DNA from: an uncultured Candidatus Saccharibacteria bacterium
Lineage (GTDB): Bacteria; Patescibacteriota; Minisyncoccia; Phycocordibacterales; DSPV01
Assembly (NCBI GenBank): GCA_964349135.1
Contig: CAYGFK010000004.1
Location: 728-64,727 of the forward strand
Length of the DNA stretch: 64,000 nt
Direction of reading: 5' to 3'
Positions 38,822 to 46,583 of this stretch are shown piece by piece (positions within the stretch are counted from its first letter, which is position 1; each line of letters opens with the position of its first letter). Below the pieces are notes generated by a model. The model was not told the origin of the DNA. It was given only the letters and a program-made list of their open reading frames with translations, and searched no databases. The position numbers and the translations under genes were made by a program.

Positions 38822-39796
38822 ATGAGCAATATATTTAAAACGCCCAAGGCAGTTCTAGTTACAGGATGTGCGGGTTTTATAGGAAGTAACTTTGTAAGAC
38901 AATTCAGAAAAGAATTTCCAAAAACCAACATTATTGGGATAGATGATTTCCAAACCGGCAGAAAAGAAACATCTGAATCCGCTACTATTTTTTATAAAGG
39001 CTCGATTTTAGATGGGAATCTCTTGGAGAAGATTTTTTCTAAACACAAACCAGAATATGTCTTTCATTTTGCCGCATTGCCTCGCGTTTCCTATTCCATT
39101 GAACATCCACGGCATACCAGCGAGGTGAATATTATTGGAACGGTTGCCTTACTTGAGGCGTCAAAGAGGTATGGGGTGAAGAGATTTATCTTTTCGTCAT
39201 CTTCTTCTGTCTATGGTGGTGCAAAGAAATTGCCCACAAAAGAGTCTGAAAATGTACCAGACCCGAAATCTCCTTATGCCGTACAGAAATACGCTGGCGA
39301 GACCTTTTGTAAAGTTTTCAGCGATTTATTTGGATTAGATACCATTTGCTTACGCTACTTTAACGTCTTTGGACCGGGGCAATACGGCGATTCACCGTAC
39401 GCTACCGTTGTGTCAGCTTGGCTCGAGTCAGTCTATTTTCCAAAAAAGAAGTCAGCCTTTATTGAAGGCGACGGTAGTCAGTCACGAGATTTCTGTTACG
39501 TAGATAATGTAGTCTCGGCCAATATTCTAGCTATGAAATCAAGACGATATTTTAAGGGCGAGGTGTTGAATGTTGCTTATGGAGACCAGATAAAAATTAG
39601 TGACGCTAGGAAGCTGATAGAGCGATATACAGGAAAGAAGTTAGAGTTAGAAAAACGACCGCCAAGGTTGGGTGATGTAAAACACACCCGCGCAGACATT
39701 TCTAAAGCTCGGAAATTGATTGGCTATAAGCCACGCGTGGATTTTGAGGATGGATTGAAAAGAACGATAGAGTGGTTTAAGGAAAGGAAAAGCTAA
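38822..39796 (+). CDS. NAD-dependent epimerase/dehydratase (GalE/WbpP-like UDP-sugar 4-epimerase), low-GC
   Basis: Rossmann VLVTGCAGFIGSNFV. Catalytic YAVQKYAGE (YxxxK). SDR extended fold. About 38-40% GC versus about 50% flanks. Confidence 0.88.
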   Translation: MSNIFKTPKAVLVTGCAGFIGSNFVRQFRKEFPKTNIIGIDDFQTGRKETSESATIFYKGSILDGNLLEKIFSKHKPEYVFHFAALPRVSYSIEHPRHTSEVNIIGTVALLEASKRYGVKRFIFSSSSSVYGGAKKLPTKESENVPDPKSPYAVQKYAGETFCKVFSDLFGLDTICLRYFNVFGPGQYGDSPYATVVSAWLESVYFPKKKSAFIEGDGSQSRDFCYVDNVVSANILAMKSRRYFKGEVLNVAYGDQIKISDARKLIERYTGKKLELEKRPPRLGDVKHTRADISKARKLIGYKPRVDFEDGLKRTIEWFKERKS

Positions 39797-39920
39797 ATTG
39801 TTCTCAATGTTAGGATGGAATTCGGAGTGCAGACATTAGTGGCCATTTGGTTGCCTTTCGCTTCCGTCTCAGGTAGAGTTCCGTACGGCAGTGAACCTTC
39901 AACAAAGAAAGGAGAGCTCT

Positions 39921-40388
39921 ATGCTCTTTCGAAAACTCTTATCGTTATTCCGTCGTCAAACCGTTGGCACTGTTCGTGAATCGGAAGACGATACGACTCA
40001 AAAAACACCTTCTAGGTGTTCTCATGGCGGGACGTCGGATAGAATTACTATGACCATTCTCGGCTCCACGTGTACTCTGGTAGGTTCTCCAATGTGTCCG
40101 GCATGTACCGAGACCTATCTCAATATGTACAGCACGATATGCGCTCGGTGTAGAGAGCCTATTCTCCCCGGAACTCCTGTGGGGCGTTCGTCTACGGGAG
40201 CACGGTACCCGTTTCTTCATTTAAGGTTTGATTGTTGTCAGACAGGAGCTCTTTATTGCGGTATGTGGGGAGAAGGATGCCTCATTTCACTTCACGAACT
40301 CAAACCGGACACCTATCCGGAAGGCACACTATCCGTGCTTGACCATACTCTCCGGACCGGCAAGATGGTCGTTGAGAATATACCTTGA
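39921..40388 (+). CDS. Cys-rich hypothetical protein (156 aa, about 11 Cys)
   Basis: AGGAG Shine-Dalgarno before ATG(MLFRKLL). Terminator downstream. Cys clusters (CPAC, CARC, DCC, YCGMWGEGC). Confidence 0.55.
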   Translation: MLFRKLLSLFRRQTVGTVRESEDDTTQKTPSRCSHGGTSDRITMTILGSTCTLVGSPMCPACTETYLNMYSTICARCREPILPGTPVGRSSTGARYPFLHLRFDCCQTGALYCGMWGEGCLISLHELKPDTYPEGTLSVLDHTLRTGKMVVENIP

Positions 40389-40407
40389 CTGAGGTCGAGG
40401 GTTTACC

Positions 40408-40437
40408 ATAGCGCCGCTTCGCGGCGCTATTTTTTTG
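40408..40437 (+). terminator. rho-independent terminator
   Basis: atagcgccgc-ttc-gcggcgctat + TTTTTTT. Confidence 0.8.
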
Positions 40438-40470
40438 TTAGTTTATTGTAGGTGCGTTAAAATCTTATGT

Positions 40471-40893
40471 ATGGAACAAAATCAGCGACCTCGCGTTGGT
40501 ATCGGTGTGATGATACTCAAAGACGGTAAGGTACTTCTCGGTAAGCGAAAAGGTTCGCACGGCGAAGGGGAATACGCATTTCCGGGTGGACATCTTGAGT
40601 ACATGGAGGGGTTTGTAGAGTGTGCGAGGCGTGAGACGCGTGAAGAGTGTGGAATTGAGATTGATACTATTCGATTCCAGCTTTTGGCAAACGTAAAAGA
40701 GTATACGCCGAAACATTATGTGCACATTGGAATAGTCGCAGAGTGGAAAAGTGGTGAGCCGAAAGTTCTCGAGCCGGAAAAAGTCGAGTCGTGGGGCTGG
40801 TACGCACTCGATGAGCTTCCAAAACCACTCTTTGCAACAATTCCGAATCATATCGAGGCCTATACGTCGGGCAGGAATTTCTGGGATGCGTAA
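40471..40893 (+). CDS. NUDIX hydrolase
   Basis: Nudix box GGHLEYMEGFVECARRETREECGIE (GX5EX7REUXEEXGU). Confidence 0.88.
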   Translation: MEQNQRPRVGIGVMILKDGKVLLGKRKGSHGEGEYAFPGGHLEYMEGFVECARRETREECGIEIDTIRFQLLANVKEYTPKHYVHIGIVAEWKSGEPKVLEPEKVESWGWYALDELPKPLFATIPNHIEAYTSGRNFWDA

Positions 40894-40980
40894 CGTACAT
40901 GAATAGGTAAGGGATTCGGCTGGGAGTCAACCTTCTTTTTTGGTACACTAATTGAGTTATTAATTTTAGAAGATATTCTC

Positions 40981-41421
40981 ATGGGAAAGACCATTACGGT
41001 ATTTTTAGTTATTTTAATTGTTCTTGTCGGCGGTTACTTCGTGTTTACGGGTGATAAAGAGGAACAAGCACCAGTCGAAAGCCTTGGCCAGGTCACAGAG
41101 GAAGGTGAGGCTTCGGGAGCGACTGATATGGTTGCCGAAGACAGTGTGAAGACGTTTGAAGTTGCCGGTACGAACTTTAAATATTCAGTCGAAGAAATTC
41201 GCGTCAAGAAAGGGGACACGGTTCGTATCGTGTTCACAAGCGAGAGCGGGTTCCATGATTGGGTGGTGGATGAATTCGATGCGCGCACGAAACAGCTTCA
41301 GGCTCCGGGCTCAGAAACCATTGAGTTTGTTGCCGATGAGGTGGGTGAGTTCGAATACTACTGTTCAGTCGGTCAGCACCGAGCGAATGGTATGGTGGGA
41401 ACGCTTATCGTAGAAGAATAG
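40981..41421 (+). CDS. membrane-anchored cupredoxin (plastocyanin/azurin-like type-1 copper protein)
   Basis: N-terminal TM. Type-1 Cu ligand pattern H (FHDW) ... C-x2-G-x-H-x4-M (YYCSVGQHRANGM). Confidence 0.8.
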   Translation: MGKTITVFLVILIVLVGGYFVFTGDKEEQAPVESLGQVTEEGEASGATDMVAEDSVKTFEVAGTNFKYSVEEIRVKKGDTVRIVFTSESGFHDWVVDEFDARTKQLQAPGSETIEFVADEVGEFEYYCSVGQHRANGMVGTLIVEE

Positions 41422-41443
41422 AAAGAGGAGATGTAGTCCTCTC

Positions 41444-41476
41444 AAAACAGCGCCGTTTCGGCGCTGTTTTGTTTTA
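41444..41476 (+). terminator. rho-independent terminator
   Basis: aaacagcgccg-tttcg-gcgctgttttgtttt. Confidence 0.75.
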
Positions 41477-41492
41477 GGTATAATGACGGCAC

Positions 41493-43022
41493 ATGTTCAA
41501 ACGTCTGAATAGTTATATTGATTCGGTCACGATGTACCGACTTATCTTTTACGCGCTGTCGATTCTTGCGATTTTTGCTCTGTTGTTTGGGTTCTTAGGA
41601 GTTATTCCGTTTAGTGGCTCAAGTCTTTCGCTTTCGCTCGCCACTCTCTTTTTCGTGTGTGTGGTGAGTAATCGTTTCTTAGGGCGTTTGACGAAGGCTT
41701 CGGTAAATCTCGAGTCTGACGCGATTACCGCACTCATACTTTTCTTTGTGCTCACTCCCGTTATCGGCACTCTCGCACTAGCTAAACTCACAGTGGTTGC
41801 CACTCTGGCCATAGCTTCTAAATATTTAATTGCGTGGCGAGGGAAGCATCTTTTTAATCCGGCGGCACTGGGCGCTGTGATTGCTGGAGTAATTGGGTTC
41901 GGGGCGAGTTCCTGGTGGGTATCGCTTAGTCCGCTTCTCTATATATCACTCGTGCTTGGGTTACTCATTGTAAAGAAGATAAGACGATTCCCAATGGTAA
42001 TTGCGTTCGCTGTTTCGGTACTTTCAATTAGTTTAGTAACCTCGGCATTTTCGGGAATGCCACCATCTCGATTTCTATTTCTTGTCCCGGCGCAGATTTT
42101 CACGGTGTGGCCTCTCATATTCCTCGGCATGTTTATGTTGACCGAGCCACTGACAACACCACCAACGAGTGGTAAAAGACTTGTGTACGGAATACTTGTT
42201 GGAGCCCTGTTCGGTTTCCCGACACACGTCGGAGGTGTTTACCTTACGCCTGAGTTGGCCCTAGTGATTGGCAACCTCTTTTCATTTTTCGTCAGCTTTA
42301 AAGGCCGAATCGAGCTTACCTTCATCGAGAAAAAGAAACTTGCTCCATCTATTTACGAGTTTGTGTTCAGGGCAAAACAGCATCTTCACTTCAAGGCCGG
42401 ACAATATCTTGAGTGGACGTTTCCGCACGAGCGTCCCGATGCGCGGGGTTACCGACGCTATTTTACGATTGCTTCTTCTCCGACCGAACAAGAGATTCGT
42501 GTCGGAATGAAAGTCACTGAATCAGGTTCAAGCAGTTTCAAGCACCACCTACTCGCGCTTACTCCCGGAACGCGCATGATTGCCGGACAGCTTGGTGGCG
42601 AGTTTGTGTTGCCGAAAAAATCCAGTGAGAAGCTTGTTTTTATTGCCGGAGGAATAGGAGTGACGCCATTCCGAAGTATGATTAAAGAAATGGTTGATAC
42701 GAAGCAGTCGAGAGACATCGTACTCTTCTATACCTGTCTCGACGCATCCGAGTTTGTTTACAAAGAAATTTTTGATGAAGCGGCGCCACTCGGCTTGAAA
42801 ACAGTTTATGTCTTAACTCGTTCCGATTCTGTGCCCGCAGGTTCTTCTTTCAAGACAGGGTTTATCGATAAAGCCCTGCTTTCATCGCAAGTTCTTGATT
42901 TTGAGCACTGCACTTATTATCTTTCCGGACCACCCTCAATGGTGCGCGCCTATAAAAAGCTTGTGCGGTCTCTCGGTGTTCCTCTGTCGCGCATCAAAAC
43001 CGATTATTTTGCCGGCTACTAA
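41493..43022 (+). CDS. membrane oxidoreductase: polytopic N-terminal domain fused to ferredoxin-NADP reductase-like FAD/NAD(P)-binding domain
   Basis: About 7 TM helices in the first 270 aa. C-terminal RRYFTIASSP (RxYS FAD motif) and GGIGVTPFRSM (NAD-binding). No 2Fe-2S Cys cluster seen. Confidence 0.75.
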   Translation: MFKRLNSYIDSVTMYRLIFYALSILAIFALLFGFLGVIPFSGSSLSLSLATLFFVCVVSNRFLGRLTKASVNLESDAITALILFFVLTPVIGTLALAKLTVVATLAIASKYLIAWRGKHLFNPAALGAVIAGVIGFGASSWWVSLSPLLYISLVLGLLIVKKIRRFPMVIAFAVSVLSISLVTSAFSGMPPSRFLFLVPAQIFTVWPLIFLGMFMLTEPLTTPPTSGKRLVYGILVGALFGFPTHVGGVYLTPELALVIGNLFSFFVSFKGRIELTFIEKKKLAPSIYEFVFRAKQHLHFKAGQYLEWTFPHERPDARGYRRYFTIASSPTEQEIRVGMKVTESGSSSFKHHLLALTPGTRMIAGQLGGEFVLPKKSSEKLVFIAGGIGVTPFRSMIKEMVDTKQSRDIVLFYTCLDASEFVYKEIFDEAAPLGLKTVYVLTRSDSVPAGSSFKTGFIDKALLSSQVLDFEHCTYYLSGPPSMVRAYKKLVRSLGVPLSRIKTDYFAGY

Positions 43023-43064
43023 CGTATTCGGATACCTTTTGTCAGTGGACAGTAGGTACTTACT

Positions 43065-43073
43065 AAGACTTTG
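43065..43073 (+). promoter_or_regulatory. extended -10 element TGTTATAAT
   Basis: Perfect TGn-TATAAT. The same 9-mer recurs at 55527..55535. Confidence 0.35.
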
Positions 43074-43329
43074 TTATAATACTCTAATCTACAGTGGGCT
43101 GTATTGCTGGCGACTAGGTAGAGCAATATTTTATACGGGACGCTGTCTTTCTCTAAGAGTTCGATTCTGCAGTCTATATACGGTGAAAGTACCTCAGGAC
43201 TTGTAGGTAAAGGTTCTGGTTTTTTTGTTACAGATACTGCACAGGTCACGTTGACATTGATATATATAGAGCTATTATCTTACCTCCGGCCGGAAGCCGG
43301 CGTATTTATTCTCAATAAACAAACAAAAT

Positions 43330-45426
43330 ATGGAATTGCCATTACCAACCATTCTCTCCGTACTATCCCTACTTGCCATTTCAAGTGGAGTATTTTTCTT
43401 AGCCAAGAAAATAAAAACTCCCTACACGGTTCTTTTAGTGGTGTTTGGTCTTTTTCTCGTCCCGTTATCGCAAATCCCGCTATTTTCATTCATAAAAGAA
43501 TTCGCTCTCACTCCGTCGATACTTTTCTACGTTTTTCTTCCGATACTTATCTTCGAGTCTTCATACAACATGAGCGCTCGCAAGTTAATGAACAACGTAC
43601 GTTCGATTTCTCTTTTATCTGTCGTATCACTTCTTATTTCCGCGTTTTTTGTCGGACTCGGCATTCATTTCATTTTTGGATGGTTCGGCTTCGATGTCCC
43701 TTTCTTGTTAGCTCTCATATTCGGTGCCCTAATTTCTGCAACTGACCCGGTTGCAGTACTCGCACTTTTCAAGGAATACGGCGCGCCTCGCAGGCTTTCT
43801 ATTATTTTCGAAGGCGAGAGTCTTTTTAATGACGGTACCGCTGTCGCACTGTTTCTTGTTCTTCTTGAGATAGGTATAAAGGGATTTCATGGAACAGTAT
43901 CAGTATTAGAAGGGATTGCGATGTTTATGACCATGGTTGCTGGTGGAATCCTATTTGGATTATTTATGGGAATTTTGTTTTCAAAAGCCATCGAGTGGAC
44001 TCGTTCGAATGAAGCGGTGACAATCACGCTTATGTTTGTACTCGCGCACCTCACTTTCGTTCTTACAGAACTTCTCTCGAGTCATCTTGTAATCATGGGT
44101 GAAGAAATAAAGATATCTGCCATCATATCTACCCTTATCGCATCAATGGTCGTGGGTAACTACGGTAGGACTAAAATATTGCCACGGGCAGAAGAATTCA
44201 TTGAGAAGTTTTGGTCGCAAGCCGCTTTTATGGCAAACTCCGTAGTTTTTCTTCTTATCGGTCTTTTGTTCGCAACGATTTCTGTCCGGCTTGAGGATTT
44301 TATCTGGCCTATCATAGGAGGCATACTGATAGTCGCAATTAGTAGGGCAATATCTGTTTATCCTGTCATAGCGTTTCTCAATCGGACAAAAAAAGAACAG
44401 CATATACCTATGTCTTGGCAGCATTTACTGGCATGGGGAAGTCTTCGAGGCGCCCTTGCGGTTACTGTAGTCCTCCTCGTTCCGGCAGACCTCCAATTTG
44501 CAGGTTGGAATTACGATTTTACTCCTCGTGAATTTATAATGGCGCTGACCATTGGTTGTATTTTTGCAACCCTCTTTATCAAGGCGACGACGATTGGCCC
44601 CATTATGAGAAAACTGAAGGTTAATGACCTCACTGATATCGAGAAAGAGACAAGAGAAGGAAGTTTGATACTTGTCCATGGAAGTGTACTTTCAAAACTA
44701 GATGAAATGCTCTCAAGAGGTTTTATAGACAAGTCTATCTACGATAAGTTGTTTGCTCTGAATCAAGAATCATTTAAGGAAGTCACCGCGGCTCAGACGA
44801 CTCTAAAGGCGCATCCAGGCCACGCGCTCATTACGCGCCAGGTTCTTGAGATACAGGCTTTAGCTACAGAAAAACAGGTTCTGAAAACACTTTTCATGTA
44901 TAACGAGATAACAGAACCTGTATATAAAAAGATATTGAACAGGTTAAATATACAGCTTGAGAGCGCTGAAGCTGGAAACACTAATATCGACCGTGTCACC
45001 GAACGTGACCATAAGAACTTCGTCGATGTTGTTATGGATGCCGTGAACAATTTTTTCCCCCAGCCTTCAAGAGAGGTTCTTGTGGGCGAACGATATATGT
45101 ACTATCGTGCCCAATCGATTATTGCTCGCAAGGCTTACGTGGTACTTGAAGAAATGATTAAAGACCATGCCCACGTATTCAATCAGAAGATAGCATCAGA
45201 GATACTCCATATATATAGAGAATTTCAACTTTCCGCAGAAAATAAGATGAAAAATATTGCTGAAGAACAAAAAGAGACAATAAAATCTCTGAACGAATCA
45301 TTGGCTCGTAAAGGCTTGTTCAAGGTTAAAGAGAGACAACTTGCAGAATTGAAAGAGCGTGAAATGATAACTCCGAAGCTATACGTTTCTCTATTACAGC
45401 AGTTTGAGAAGGAAGGTAGGCTCTAA
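43330..45426 (+). CDS. Na+/H+ (cation:proton) antiporter, CPA1/NhaP family, with long cytoplasmic C-terminal domain
   Basis: 11-12 TM helices. Conserved EGESLFNDGTAVALF motif. About 280-aa soluble tail. Confidence 0.88.
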   Translation: MELPLPTILSVLSLLAISSGVFFLAKKIKTPYTVLLVVFGLFLVPLSQIPLFSFIKEFALTPSILFYVFLPILIFESSYNMSARKLMNNVRSISLLSVVSLLISAFFVGLGIHFIFGWFGFDVPFLLALIFGALISATDPVAVLALFKEYGAPRRLSIIFEGESLFNDGTAVALFLVLLEIGIKGFHGTVSVLEGIAMFMTMVAGGILFGLFMGILFSKAIEWTRSNEAVTITLMFVLAHLTFVLTELLSSHLVIMGEEIKISAIISTLIASMVVGNYGRTKILPRAEEFIEKFWSQAAFMANSVVFLLIGLLFATISVRLEDFIWPIIGGILIVAISRAISVYPVIAFLNRTKKEQHIPMSWQHLLAWGSLRGALAVTVVLLVPADLQFAGWNYDFTPREFIMALTIGCIFATLFIKATTIGPIMRKLKVNDLTDIEKETREGSLILVHGSVLSKLDEMLSRGFIDKSIYDKLFALNQESFKEVTAAQTTLKAHPGHALITRQVLEIQALATEKQVLKTLFMYNEITEPVYKKILNRLNIQLESAEAGNTNIDRVTERDHKNFVDVVMDAVNNFFPQPSREVLVGERYMYYRAQSIIARKAYVVLEEMIKDHAHVFNQKIASEILHIYREFQLSAENKMKNIAEEQKETIKSLNESLARKGLFKVKERQLAELKEREMITPKLYVSLLQQFEKEGRL

Positions 45427-45467
45427 TCCATTTTCGGAAATCATCTGCGGTTTGCTACAATGAATAG

Positions 45468-45878
45468 ATGAAAGAAGGTGAGATACCAAAATCTGATGAG
45501 GGGTGGAAGAAAAGACTCGATGAAGAGACGTATCGTGTGACGAGAGAAAAAGGGACTGAGGCCCCGTTCACCGGAAAATATTTACATAATAAAAAGACGG
45601 GAATGTACGCGTGTTCAAATTGCGGGAGCACGTTATTCTCGTCGGATGCAAAATTCGATTCAGGCACCGGGTGGCCGTCGTTTACCGAACCGGCGAATCT
45701 TGAGCATGTGGAACTTGTCGAAGATAATTCGTATGGGATGCGACGCACAGAAGTTGTTTGCAAGCGTTGTGGAGCGCATCTCGGTCACATGTTCGAAGAC
45801 GGTCCTCGTGAGAGAGGTGGTAAACGTTTCTGTATCAATTCTTGTTCACTTGATTTTAAAGAAGGGGAACGGACATAA
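45468..45878 (+). CDS. msrB: peptide-methionine (R)-S-oxide reductase MsrB
   Basis: Two CxxC zinc motifs (CSNCGSTLF, CKRCGAHLGHMF) and GWPSF. Confidence 0.93.
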   Translation: MKEGEIPKSDEGWKKRLDEETYRVTREKGTEAPFTGKYLHNKKTGMYACSNCGSTLFSSDAKFDSGTGWPSFTEPANLEHVELVEDNSYGMRRTEVVCKRCGAHLGHMFEDGPRERGGKRFCINSCSLDFKEGERT

Positions 45879-45890
45879 TCGTTACATGTA

Positions 45891-46385
45891 ATGAAGCGGT
45901 CAATAATTATCTTACGTGTCCTCACGGCTTTCTGCATACTCAGCGCGGTGGCATTATGGTTTTTCTTTTCGCCCACACGCGACGAAGATAGGGCCTTGGA
46001 AGTGTCACGTGAGGCTCACGTCCCGAAAGAAACAGCTATGCTTTCAGTGAATAACACGTCAATTACGGTAGAAATAGTTCGCACCCCCGAAGAATTTTAC
46101 AAAGGTCTCTCCGGTAGAACGTCGCTCGAGCCGGATTTCGGTATGTGGTTTGATTTTAGTACTGATGGACGGCAGGGAATTTGGATGAAAGATATGAAAT
46201 TTCCTATCGACATACTTTGGATAGACTCGAATCAAATAATTATCACCATTGAAGAGAACGTTGCTCCTGACACATACCCTAAAGTGTTTTATCCGACACG
46301 CGATGCACGTTTTGTGCTTGAAGTTTCGGCTGGAACTGTGGAAAAGTACTCGTTTGAGGTTGGTCAGGAGGTTTTTATGAAATAA
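45891..46385 (+). CDS. DUF192 domain protein
   Basis: TPEEFYKGLSGRTSLEPDFGMWFDF...IWMKDMKFPIDILWID...VLEVSAGT matches the DUF192 pattern. N-terminal TM. Confidence 0.8.
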   Translation: MKRSIIILRVLTAFCILSAVALWFFFSPTRDEDRALEVSREAHVPKETAMLSVNNTSITVEIVRTPEEFYKGLSGRTSLEPDFGMWFDFSTDGRQGIWMKDMKFPIDILWIDSNQIIITIEENVAPDTYPKVFYPTRDARFVLEVSAGTVEKYSFEVGQEVFMK

Positions 46386-46583
46386 AGTTATCGCATCCAT
46401 TCGCCCAATTTTTTTTCCGACACTGAATAACACTGACAGCACCTTTCCATTTTAAGGTCGCCCTTTACAGGCGGTTTTTTTTGTGTGTTCTCGTCTTTTT
46501 TGTGAGTTTCCCACTTTCAATACGTTGGTGTGACAGGTAAAATTGTATGACAATAATTTTTTATTAACTCACTCCATCCCATT

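Noticed and set aside
46386-46583. Cobalamin riboswitch or NrdR box upstream of nrdJ
   Set aside because: The leader is only about 100-200 nt, with no B12-box (no ...GCCACUG...-like core) and no paired 16-bp palindromes visible.
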